Below are positions 36,154 through 47,939 of a DNA stretch of 64,000 nt, one piece after another. Numbering within the stretch: position 1 is the first letter of the stretch; the number at the start of each line of letters is the position of its first letter. The notes beneath the pieces are model-generated. The model had not been told where the DNA came from. It saw only the letters and a program-made list of their open reading frames with translations, and did not search any database. The stretch lies in the NCBI GenBank assembly GCA_010015585.1, contig ML975150.1. One strand, 5' to 3'. The DNA is from Eremomyces bilateralis CBS 781.70. Taxonomy: Eukaryota. The translations under genes and the position numbers were made by a program.

Positions 36154-37996
36154 ATGCCCACGGCTGAGCTATCGGACGCCGAAAGGTACGAAATTCAGAT
36201 CCCCCAGCAAATTGAATTGGCTAAGGATGTATAAGGCGGAAAATTCAGCAGATACAAGAAAAACAGGATCTATTTCATCAAAAGTTGAAACGCAGAGGAC
36301 TTGGCCGATACGAAGAAAAGGCCATCGCTTGTTCCAGCGCCGAAGAGTTTGCAGGATTTTGGACCGAATTTTCCGATCATGCCCAAGTCAAATTTGAGAA
36401 TCGGCACATTGACGGCTGGAGACGACGAACAAGAAAGTTTCAGAGTTTTGCAGAGGGCGTTCGAACTTTCATGGACGAAATAAAACCAGTATTGGATGCT
36501 TGCAGGGAAATGGGCAAGCCTTACTCTGGGTTTGCAATTGGTACCATGGCAATTCTTTTCGTGGTAAGTATATCCAACCTCAAATGTGATTCTGATGGGT
36601 TGTATTAGTAACGCTCGGCGTTCTTAGGTTGGTTCGAATAAGCATCGGATAGAAAATCAACTTCTATCAACTTTGACAGGAATAAAAGACCGTCTTCCCG
36701 GAATCAAAATACTGGCTGAGTGTTGTGGAATGGGCACTGAGTATGAAATGGACCTGAAACTGAAGATGCAGCTTGCCCATTGGGCCTTCACTGACCTTGC
36801 CATTGAAATGGTAGGGTACTATATTGACCGTGGCTATCGTAAGTTCATTTGCCAGTATCTGTACGCAATATGTGTAGGTTCGGTCATCACTGACAATATA
36901 CAGGGAGGTGGATGATAGCAATCTTTAGATCTGGCAAGTTCAAGGACATGATAGACACGGTAAATACTAGTGTTATCGCGGTTCGTTCGCGATGCGAAGA
37001 GTTAGCCATCTTAAACATCAACCAAATCAAGGAGACCAACGACGGTATGTCATTCAATGTACAGCCTGGGTTGTAAGCTGGAGTAGAGTTCTCATTAACA
37101 TATTTCTAGAGCTCCTAAAGAAAATGCACAGTAAGTAAGATGATGTCCTAAACTTTCGACTGTAATTGCTGATCACCTCATCTCTAGGATACCAGCTTGG
37201 CCAAGGGAGTGATTATCTCATGCGCCTTCTGGAGCCCCTTGGAATCCCCACTTGGTCCCTGTCGGGGCATCACAAGCGATTAGCGGATTACCAGCGCAGT
37301 ATCGAAGCAGAGCAGTTCTACGAAGGTTCGTATGAGAACATGACAGGAATGAGTCTGGAGAGATTCCACCAACAGGAGACATCCTTCATTCAGTGGTCTC
37401 AGAGTAGCGATGCCGCCATGCTCATTCTCACCGGAGCCAACAACTGTAACATCACCGAACTCAAGCAACACTGTTGGATATCGCCCGTAGCAATTGATAT
37501 GGCCCGAAAATATCGAGATCAGGGTATCACGCACGCCTTTTACCCATTCCAAGAGCGACGGGCAACCTCGATTAGCACAGCGGTTCCCATCATCGTCACC
37601 CAGCTACTGGGCTTCAAGCTCAGGGAACTTGACGGTCACCAAATGGATATCATAGCACACGCGCGCGCGTTTTCCCGAACTACTGATGCCGACGAGGAGA
37701 CCAGAGCTACCGCGCTAAGTCGACTGCTCAATGACACCATCAAGATTTTCCAGCCCGAGGAGAGGGTCGTGCTAATAATCGACCGCGTGGATATTTGCGA
37801 CGAATCGGAAAGGGATGGCTTTCTTCGCATGCTGGTTTCCATGCTAAATGAAGCGTGCTGTACGTTGAAGATCCTGCTGGTGACCCAGTCAGTGGTTGAT
37901 TGGAGACCGAACGTGAGGGAATTGCGATCTAGGTTGAGAACGTCGGCTGGTTTACATCAAGCGTTGAAAGTTCAGCGATTTCGTTCGGAGTATTGA
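36154..37996 (+). CDS. NACHT/STAND-like protein: helical N-terminal domain + degenerate P-loop domain, no C-terminal sensor repeats
   Basis: Introns 36186-36235, 36564-36627, 36839-36903, ~37025-37109 and ~37132-37187 join into one open frame. FIQWSQSSDAAMLILTG (pre-P-loop), VVLIIDRVDIC (Walker B-like) and LKILLVT (sensor-1-like) are present; GKS/T is absent. Confidence 0.7.
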
Positions 37997-38519
37997 TTGG
38001 CGGATGCTTCTTAGCTACAATATGTACTGACTCTGAGGTGACAAGGCGGATCATGACCGATGAAGCCGATACAAATGATACAGGTAGAGGAAGGAAATGG
38101 CCAAGATATCCAAATGAACAGTGCGATCCAGTCAATCAATGTGTTTTGGGAGGCTAGGGGTGGGAGCGCCAGGGTGAGGCCTACAAGAGATCCACGACTC
38201 GCAGGTAACCGGACACCCAGGGGAAGAAGTCATGACTGGCCTGATGGTAAAGAAATACTTTTGGCCGGGGATGACGACCGATATCCGCAGATTCGTATGG
38301 AATTGCCACCCATCCCTGGGGGAAATAGATCTAGGATTTGAGCGCGGATAGAGCGGTTTATGTGATTATAACTAACTAAGTTAGCCCAGGTAACTTCATT
38401 AGTTCATCTCTCTCGAGTGATAGACTAGATATTCGAACCCTTTCTCATTGACTTTAAAGTGTTACCTATTATGTTAAGCATGTCTTAATTGAACACTGGG
38501 GCATGCTCCCATTACAACC

Positions 38520-40016
38520 ATGCCTACCTTGTTGTTTCTCCCTACCGAGTTGTTGATCAAGGTTATCAGGGATATCGACCACCAGGATCCTGAAGTACCA
38601 GCCCCTGTACTGGCCGTTCGGTTGGCATGCCGTAAATTCCGGGATATCTGCTGGATGCCCGAGACGTTCCCCAACATGTTCTTCCAGAATATTATATTCA
38701 TGTTGTCATACGATAGCTTAAAGGAGCTCATCGATATTTCCGCCACCCAATTCTCAGACCTACCGTGACCCACCTTCAGATTGCTGTCACTCGTCTTGAA
38801 GTCGATACTGGTGTTGTGCGCGATATTCCTGAAGATCAAATCTTCCGTTCGTACAGTGGTGAAGATGTGTTGCTGTTGACACAGGCTCTGTCCGGGCTAC
38901 CGAACTGCAAATCCATCATGATCAAAGATGGCATGGACAATCTAGGGCGACCCCTGTCGGCTGTCGCATTTCGCGGGGGTGATCATTAAGCACGATAGGT
39001 GCTTGAGCTCAGTTACTGTAGAGTCATAACGCAAATTGGTATTAACGATTCACATTGTCTAGAAAGGAGATCTAGCTAGTAAGTTAGATGAAAATAACTT
39101 AGTTAAATATATAGGAGAAGACTTGAGAGTCCTGATTAGGCTTAGCCTAGGGGGTAGAGGGTAGTGAAAGGAATGTTAAGTGGTAGTAGAAACGAATAGG
39201 GGCATCTTGCGACAACCCCTACTTAAGGGAAAGATGGAGAAGTGGTTGGACGTGGCAGCGAAAGAACACATTCTCGATCCCACAAGATACGCGATCCAAT
39301 CCATCGTCAGTGAGGCTGTCAGCGACTGCTTTCGCACCGTTCTATGCGCCCTCAGTAACAGCAGTGTCCAGCTGGAGTGGCTCCTGGTTTATTTGGATTC
39401 TTTCAATTATAAAACTGGCCTCCTTGTTGAAAATCCTGTCTTCCCTAACCGAATCTCGTCAGTGATAAATGAGAGATCATTTCTGGACCTTACGGAATTA
39501 CACATGGACCTAGACGCGTACATTCGTTCTCAGTCCATTTACCAAGCTCTTCCAAAATTCCTTTCGCTCGCCCCTAAACTGGAAAGTCTGAGCCTTTCCT
39601 CTTCGGCCGCATCCTTGTATACGTCCTGGGTTATTCGCGAGCTTTCCCAGCTACAGTTTCCGTGTCTGAAATCTTTAGAGCTGAATGCAGTTTCTGCCAA
39701 GCAAGAGTCCCTGTCACGTCTACTTCTCAAGCACCGGAACACGTTTCGCAAAGTTGCGCTACTTGATGTTTGTTTGTGCAATCCGGAGGACTTAAACGCT
39801 CGAGGGGATCCCAACGAATGGCACGTCATATTACAAGCTCTGCTAGAGTTAGGGTTGGAATGCTTTTCCATTTTTAGACCTTGTATGCCGCACTATGGCG
39901 TTCTATTCGTGTTTAACGATGGGAATGTAGACCCAAATCTTTCTAGAAAAACACCTGACGAGGTTCGAAAGGCAATAAATAGGGTCTGGAGGACCAAGCT
40001 TAGGAGGGAAGCTTAG
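38520..40016 (+). pseudogene. F-box-like paralog 3, disrupted (stop at 38766, AT-rich interruption ~38990-39200)
   Basis: MPTLLFLPTELLIKV...RLACRKFRDICW...YDSLKELIDIS; DVLLLTQALSGLPNCKSI; later LSLAPKLESLSL and LLKHRNTFRKVAL match paralogs 1-2. Confidence 0.75.
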
Positions 40017-40323
40017 TATACGATGGACGGTGTCGTGGCGATACGGCTTATGGGTGGAAAGGGTGGTCAGGTACGGTGGAGGGAGTTACACAAACCATTC
40101 AGCTTCAGGGTTGCAGAGGCTCTGGATGGCACGCCGAGTTGGCCTGGGAGATGACGGCTTTGAACACAGATTGATTCGGACGATCTCTGGGGTAGCAGAG
40201 CAATCCATCCACAGTGAGGACATTTCCATCATTGTTCCATCTTTAGAACCGCGAACTGGGTTCCGAAATTGTATACACGTCTTCCACCATTCCTTCCGCA
40301 TCTCCCAAGTGAGGACAATTCCA

Positions 40324-41688
40324 TCATTCTCGAGCCCTTAATGCAGCGACCAGTTCCCAGAACTCCTCAGGCGACCTTGTAAAGATGGAATCCACCATTT
40401 TCTCGGTGTTTCCCGCCATTTCCTCGTCACTAGAACCGATCAACGAGTCGTTCCAATTAATAAAAACATCATGAAGAGTTAACACACACAATCTCTGAGG
40501 GCAGCTCAGCCACCGCCTCTGATCTGTCGACGCGTTTCCACCCGGCCGGGAGAAACGGACGATGAGATCGACAACCTCCTCAGTGTCTCTTTGTGCAGGA
40601 GGATAAAGCTCTTTAGGTCTTTCGAGTAGTTGACGCTTCTATCGACGTCGTCGACTAACATATCCCACTTATGGCATCGAAAGTTTTGAGGCGCGGAAAC
40701 ACCATATTCCTGGGAAAATACTTCGCGGGAATAAGTCGGCCAATAATCTATCGACAGTGACAGACTTTCAAGGTTCGGAATTGCAGATAGGAAATTTCTC
40801 AGAATGGTCGTTGCTTCTTCCGTTTTGTTGCGATCCACTGATAGAGCGAGGTCGAGTTCTCAGAGTTCTTGAAAGAATATGCTCTTTTGAACGTGGAGCT
40901 CATGATCTGGAATTGACAGGGAGGCCATGGGAAATATTGATACAACGTCCATGTCTGGATCCAAGTTCCATTCTCCTGGAATTAGAATGGAAAATTGTTG
41001 TAGGCTTAGCTTGCTCCGCTTCAAAGCAGTGAAAGTAGTATTCAGTGTGTATGCTGCTGTTTCATCATCAGTCGGCGTACCAGCGTCCATAGCTGGATAT
41101 TTCCATTCCATGTAGGACGGATCGTCCTGCCTGGGTACCGGTAATCCTGCCAGAGCTAATTCAAGATCCCGTCCATCGAAGCAATCGTCTTCAATATCAA
41201 GGTTGACAAGCTCAACTGACTTGCAATTTGGCAGACTAGTGCGAGCCAGAGCGAGCAGAACAGCATCGTCTCCGTATTTTCGACAATATAGACGTTGATC
41301 GAATGCCTGCACTTCTCTGGAGTGGTTCCACGAGGAACAAGCATAATTTTTCCAATCCGAAACTTCGTTACTGCTTTATTGAGTATCGCGTTGCGAGATG
41401 TTGACAAGCTCTTTCCTTGGATAGGGTCACTGTTTGTTGTTGAAAGAACTTCGAAAAGTCCGGCCATGAAGCATCACGAAGGTTCCGATGAGTTTATCGG
41501 AAGACGCAGAATGCGATGCGCTTTGATTCGTAATGGTCTTGATGGTCATCGTTGACAATCTCAGCTAGTTGCAAGAGGATCTCAGCCGGTAGGTGATAAA
41601 GTCCCGCCACCGCTCCGTTTGAGTCCTCTTTGTGGCCTTTGCTGGTTGTAAGCTTGAGTGAGGTGTAAAAAACTGAACCGAATTCCAT
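40324..41688 (-). pseudogene. F-box-like paralog 4, fragmented by stops and frameshifts
   Basis: LYHLPAEILLQLAE, DAVLLALARTSLPNCKSV, YTLNTTFTAL, AIPNLESLSL and ILLHKETLRRLSI are spread over several frames. Confidence 0.7.
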
Positions 41689-42430
41689 TTCTTTATAGAC
41701 TTGTGATATTCACCGGGAAAACTTAAAGCATTGTAACTAGGTTCGGTCCGCGGTTGGAATGATTGATTCGAGGCTAAGGGTGCTGATCAAGTGGCTCGCT
41801 CTTTGACTTGATAATTAATCAGATATGAGAGGGAAAGAGAGGTGGGAAGTGAGAGTAAAAAGTGATGATGAAAGGAAAAGGTGAGGTGAAAGCAGCTACC
41901 ATATCCATATGATATCCATACAGCCACATCAGCCACATCGGATGTTTTGAGTAGAAATTCAGCTGTCTAGTCAAAGTGCAGACTGGTATAATAGAGATCG
42001 AATCTACTGGTATTACATGGTTTGACCTCAGCGCGTGCATGTGACTAGAAGAAGCCATAAGAGAGATTTCATTGAGAAGCAGAACTCCGAATATTAGTTG
42101 ATGCGAAAGAGCCCCCGAAAAGAACGCTTTAGTCCTGACCTGTACTGGATGATACTTGTAGCGATTAATTCCACTCATCTCTAACGTCCAAGTCTTTGAA
42201 AGACTGCCCTCGGACCGCTTGAGCTCATTGCCTCCTTTTTCTCAAGACAGTAAGATCGCAGTACACTTCCAACAGACAATGAATCCGTCATCTGTCAACT
42301 CCAAACAGGACCAACCCAGATTGAAACCCGTTCACACTGAACCACCATGCCTGTAGAAACATCGCTCCGATGAACCCTTACTCCTGCGACCCTGACCCCT
42401 TCAACCCCTCTTACGAGCAGCAGATCGATC

Positions 42431-45400
42431 CTACAACGGCGAAAGGCACCTCTTCTCCCCCAACTCCCCGTCCCTTTTCCGCAACGACACACAAAGAGCG
42501 AGCGACGAGGGACCTAACGAAACCAGAGTCGATCCGACAGGATCAGCCTTGACATAGCTGCGTGGCACTCCAGCCAGCCCCTCGACGATGGCGTGAATAC
42601 ATGCCGCTAGACAAGACCACAGGTCGTTTCTGGTCCGCACATCAAGCTTGACATAGCCGCTTCGCATCCCAGACAGCCTGAGGGGGCTGACTGGAATCCA
42701 TGCTGCTAGATAAGACAACTCGTCGTTGATGGTCCACGCATAATCGGAGACGAGATCTGATTTCCCTGCTTCCGAGCTTTTAGCAAGGTGGAATGTCGGA
42801 TGGTCCATCCGGAGCGCCCAATAAAGGGTACCATCTTGTGGTGGGGCAGGTCCTAGATCTTGAACCCCTTTGGCAAGCAATCGGAGCTGTTTTTCGGAAC
42901 CATCGAGATCAAACGATCTCAGCGCGGAGATTGCCCTGTTCATCTTATTTATCTCCTCGATCGATTTATTGACCAGTGCGAAGAGATTCGCAAGAGCGAA
43001 ACCGGCGAATATATCCGCCGCTGAACTGGCAAAGAATGCCCGTCCGTCGGTGACGCTGACGGCTGGCGTTTGATATATTCTCAGTTCGCGTGCTTGAGCA
43101 GCGGATCGATGGGATGCTAGAGTTAGTGGACCTTTTCGGCCCCTGTTATTTGCTCTTCTAGAGCTCTCGATGTATTCTAACTGATTCATCGCTTGTTTTT
43201 GAAGGCTTTGCTCTTGTATAGCTGGAACTTGCAATGGGAAAGGATTATGTCTCATCGAGTCATCTCTCCTAGATGGATCGCATAGAACACCAGCGTCTTG
43301 ATTAACCTTGGCATCGGGATTAAAGCAACGACTCGTTCTCATGAGTTGAGACTTCCCCATCCCCCGGATCCAAAGTAGAGGTCTTGGTAGGTCGTCCAAC
43401 GGAGTGCGTAACCACGTCCGGACGACTTGCTCAGGAAGTCCAAGACTCTCGATACCGGAGGATGGTAGAATCGGATCGGTCACCGTGTTGCCGCATAGTG
43501 CGTCCGTTTCCAGATAGTCCATTGGAATGCCTGCTATGGTAGGGTTAATGGAGGGATCGAGCGTTAACTGCATTTGGAGATTATGTTTTTGTCTAATGCG
43601 CCGGGTTTGGAACCAGGTCTGCTTATCTGTCAGCTTCGTCAAAATGAACGGTGCTGAGAACATACGTTGACCTTCTCCAACGTCGTGTGTAACTGTTCCG
43701 CAAGCGCCTCCTTCGTCACTGTAGTTGGCCGGCGGTCAAGCCGGAATTGAGCCTCGAGAACATCGAATTGCGGTTTCGTGAGTCGGTGGGATCGCGGCTG
43801 GTCACCCGTGGCTACAAACCCCGTGGTCACGGTCGAGGTTGGAGTTCCACCCTGTTTGCATCGAAGCTGCAAGTATGAATCCGAGGAGATTGGACGGGGA
43901 ATACCAGGTCGGGAAGGTGTAATATACCCCTTCAGGAGTGTTTTAAATCCTTCGTGAGAATGACCTGAATGACCTGCAGCGGGGGACATCGATGCGAGCG
44001 CACATCTCCTAGTGTGTCTCAGCCGCTGAAATACATCCGGAAACCTCTCCCCACAATGCTGACACGCTCCATGAACATGCTTCAAATGGCGCTCGTAGAC
44101 CTCCGCAAGGTCGAATCGTCGGTCGCAAAACTGGCACACGTATCCGCTCGGTCGAGGCGCGGGGATGTTGTGCGGTTGCAAATCATCGTCGTCGGAGATG
44201 GTGGCCGAGGGGCGGGATACGTCAGCAGTCCAGGCGCGGCAGCGGTTGGGATCGAGTGGCGGCTTGTGGGATTGGGAAGGCGTCGGTGCTTTGCGAGGTG
44301 CGTCTAGGCCGTGCCTCATATGGAGTCGCATAGCTCGGAGGTCGTGGTAGGAGGTAGGGTTCTGAATCGGTGGTGTAGGGATAGTGGGGATGTTCCTGAG
44401 TGAACTGTAGGATGGAGGGGTCGCACGGGACTCTGGAAATGAAGAAGGGCTTCGAGAGGTCGTGGTAGAAGGCAAATTGTTCATGCGCTTGACCCGTAGG
44501 AGACTCTCAAAACGCCTGGTGAGGTATGTTACTTCGTCCATAGAAGATGTCTGGGCGTCGATGTGCGAAATATCCGAGGCGGACCGCGACGAAGTGGCTC
44601 CCTGGTATACATTGTTTCCTTGGTATTGATCGCCAAACCCCGAGAAATATCCCCAGGCACCATTGGGGTTGGACGGATCGCCACCGTTCCTCTTATTCTG
44701 ACCGCCAGGGTCCTTTGGCAGATGAGGTCCCCCGGACGTGCCAGATCCGTCAGGTCCGTCAGAGCTGTCGCCATCATTGTCGCCATTATCGTCGTCGTAG
44801 CCACTACTACCCGTCCCGGCCGAATTTTCATCGACCCAATCGATCATGCACTTTCCGGTCTTGAAGTGCATCTCGAGATGATCCAGTCGCTCCTCACGGG
44901 ATGTGTATGCCGCATTGCTCAGACAGAACCCACACCATGTGGGGAAGATGTCGTCCATCGTCACGATGCTTTGATCCTCGTACTGGCGAGGGTCGATTCC
45001 GGGGTGCATGTTCCGGAAGTGTTGCATGTACTTATCCCGCCTTGACGTGAGGCGCATCGATCGGCCGTGGGCGATGCAGAGCGCGCATTGCCATTGCTTC
45101 AAGGGGTAGGCGTCTTCTTCGTGGCGCTTCCACTCCGATTTTCGGCCGTAGCGTTTCCCGCACTTTCGGGTGCATTGGTAAATTTTACCGGGGTCGCGTC
45201 GCAAGCTGCTTCGATCCGAGGAGGGGAGGCAGCAACGGCTCGGTAAGCATTTGGCTTTGTTGACTGGAGGGGAGGTCGACACGGAGGGTGACGCCTCGTC
45301 GGAAGAGGTGTTTGAGCTGGACTGGTATCCGGAATCGTAGCTTGGAGGGCTGATACTATTCAGTCCAAACCATTCTTTGATCCCGTCCGGATGTGCTCCG

Positions 45401-45940
45401 GTGAGCTTGCTCAGGGAATTGAAATGGCCCTCTGTCACTAATAGTTCTTTATTTCTCAAGAAGGCGGCAACCGCTGTGAGTAGAGTTACGACATGCTTGT
45501 CAATGGCTTTATTCTTGGGCATGGTATGCGAATAGAACTGCTGGGGGGAATTCAAGTTTAAACTGTCGGTCGAGGCTGTCGGATTGACTACTGGTGTGCT
45601 CAAAGTGTCAACACTGAAACTGGGCCGTATGTCCTGCGAAGTATTCAATCAGTACTCGTCTAATCCATTGTTGGGTGCTTCGAAGTACCTGAACTTCAAA
45701 GTTATATCCTTGTCCGCCCGAGTCTATATGCCAGGCTTTCCCAAATTCTTGCCCGGCTTCATTAGAGTCGCCTGCTTCGTACCGAAACTCTCCTAGTGTC
45801 TCGCCATAATCGTAGTTACTCGCCGTGGAAGTCCGGGCAGGATCCCAGGACTGGAGTATCTCGTCCACATCCATTCCATCCGACTCTATCGGCATGGACC
45901 AATCAGGCATGTTGGGGTTGGAATACCGGAAATCAGACAT
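42431..45940 (-). CDS. C2H2 zinc-finger / homeodomain transcription factor
   Basis: Exon 1 starts at 45940; introns ~45636-45688 and 43619-43665. C2H2-type motifs YQCTRKCGKRY...WKRHEE, CGFC...RLDHLEMHF and CQFCDRRF...ERHLKHVH. Homeodomain RLTKPQFDVLEAQF...LEKVN|TWFQTRR. Confidence 0.8.
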
Positions 45941-47246
45941 GCTGTCAACTGACTTCCAGCAAACAAAATATCACGCAACAATCTGTGGAAGTACTAATGA
46001 ATAACGCTTGAAGTTTGTGAATTGAATATCATCGCTAGGAATGACTGAGATGCAACAGATAAAAACTAGGATGAAGGCGGAGCACAATGTGCTTATGAAA
46101 CTCAGGACATGTGGTCGCCCTTCTGCAGCCCTTCAGAGTTTCCTCGCCCTCGCGTTCACGCAGCCCAGTTCAGCACACAATGCAGAGGCGGAGAGCGCAG
46201 TAAGGCTGGCCCCTTCTGAGCCCTTCTGAGCCCTTTGCGGATTCGTCGCATGTAATTAGCTGTAAGCTTGGCCAATTGCGACACATCCCCATGGAACTCA
46301 GCCTCCAAGCCACATGGGGAAAGTATTGAGAGCATCTACGCTGTTGACGCGCGCACGGGAACCGGAAAATACCATAGAAACCAGCGGGACATTAGAAATG
46401 ATTGAAAATGCAGACTTTTGACGAGATGGAATAATATACAAGTACCGTATCATGATGCCTCTCATCTCAAGGAGCGAGGTGGCAGTTCCCTTCTATTCTT
46501 GGGCGTGGCTAGTCAGGGCTTCATCTGGTCGATACATTAGTAAGTCGTAGCCGGAAAACCAAGCGTAGCATCTGGAATATGAACACCAGTAATGAAAGAA
46601 ACCATGAATCAAGGAATTGGACTAAGTTAGATCGAGTCTATTAGAACTATAGAGGAAGGTGAAGTCCATCGTGAACAGGAAAAAGATGTTGGTGGTTGCG
46701 TCATAGGAGGGTTGCTGCCAAGGCCAAAGTCAGGAGGTCGGGCTTTCCCGCCTCCTGCCAAAGCCGCGTCCCCGCCCTTCCAATTGTCTGGACGACTACG
46801 ACATCGACGTTTCTACAAACAGTGTGTCTCTGCACCACCACGCTCATCTTGCATGCCCAGCTTGCGTAATATTCATGTCATCAAGAATCCCTCTCCCTGT
46901 CTGACTGTCTCTCTTTTTCGCTATTCAATGAGCTTTTGTCCGTCCAATATCTTAAGTCGCAACGCCTCCTGAACATTAGATTCAAGACCCTGTCCTAGTG
47001 TACCAACTGTGATACCGACTGTATCTCCCGGCATCCCCTTGTACACCCAATCGACTGCACGGAGGGACAAGAATAGAACCACCAGATTGGGGATTGTGGG
47101 AGGTATATGCGCACAAGCGATTGAGACCAAACAACCACGCCGTTCGTTCACAGCAACCCACGAACATAAAGATTCCTCCCGGCGCATCGAAGCGCATCGC
47201 GTCTATCTCTCCCTCAAACCCACCACAACCATCCTGCGACCTCGCG

Positions 47247-47939
47247 ATGCCCGCAATTCCCACCCTACCGCGTTCCGTACCCACCCACGACATCCTCGAC
47301 TCTACCACCTCCCCGACCCTCGACCTCCTCGCCCGAATGGACTCAATACCCTTCTCCCCTCCACCCAACAACCTAGAACCGCATCTCCAACCCCGCCAAG
47401 ACGCCGACATCGTCGCCATCCCCACCGTCTACGACACCCGCGGCCCACCCCCCGGCACCGTCGTCGCCATCGTTCTCGGATCCATTGGCGGCTTCGTTCT
47501 CCTCATCTTCCTCCTCTTCCACGTCGGCAACATCAGCGCCCGCTCTAGCGTCGTCGCCGAGGAGCACATCGTGCGCGCCGACCGCTCCCCGCGCTCGCAC
47601 CGCTCGCGTCGCTCCCGGCACAGCGGACGCACGACCGAGGTGCGCGAGCTGAGTCGCAGCCCGCGCCGGGGGCGCGTCGTTGTGGAGGAGCGGAGGGAGA
47701 GGAGGGGGAGCATGCCGCCGCCGCCGCCGGGCCCGCCGCCGATGCGCATCGTGGAGGAGCGGATCGAGAGGGAGAGGAGAGTGGATGGGGATGATGTGGT
47801 GGAGGTGGTCGAGGACTATAGCGATGTGACGCCGCCGCGACGGCATCGGAGTCGGAGAGGGAGCGATTACAGGTCAGTGGACCCTTATGGGTATGGGGGT
47901 GGGGAGTATCCCATGCGCGAGGTCCCGTACAGGCGGTAG
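47247..47939 (+). CDS. Conserved fungal single-pass membrane protein with Arg-rich cytoplasmic tail
   Basis: PPPGTVVAIVLGSIGGFVLLIFLLF transmembrane segment followed by an RS/RE-rich tail and VVEVVED motif; strong coding GC bias. Confidence 0.75.
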   Translation: MPAIPTLPRSVPTHDILDSTTSPTLDLLARMDSIPFSPPPNNLEPHLQPRQDADIVAIPTVYDTRGPPPGTVVAIVLGSIGGFVLLIFLLFHVGNISARSSVVAEEHIVRADRSPRSHRSRRSRHSGRTTEVRELSRSPRRGRVVVEERRERRGSMPPPPPGPPPMRIVEERIERERRVDGDDVVEVVEDYSDVTPPRRHRSRRGSDYRSVDPYGYGGGEYPMREVPYRR

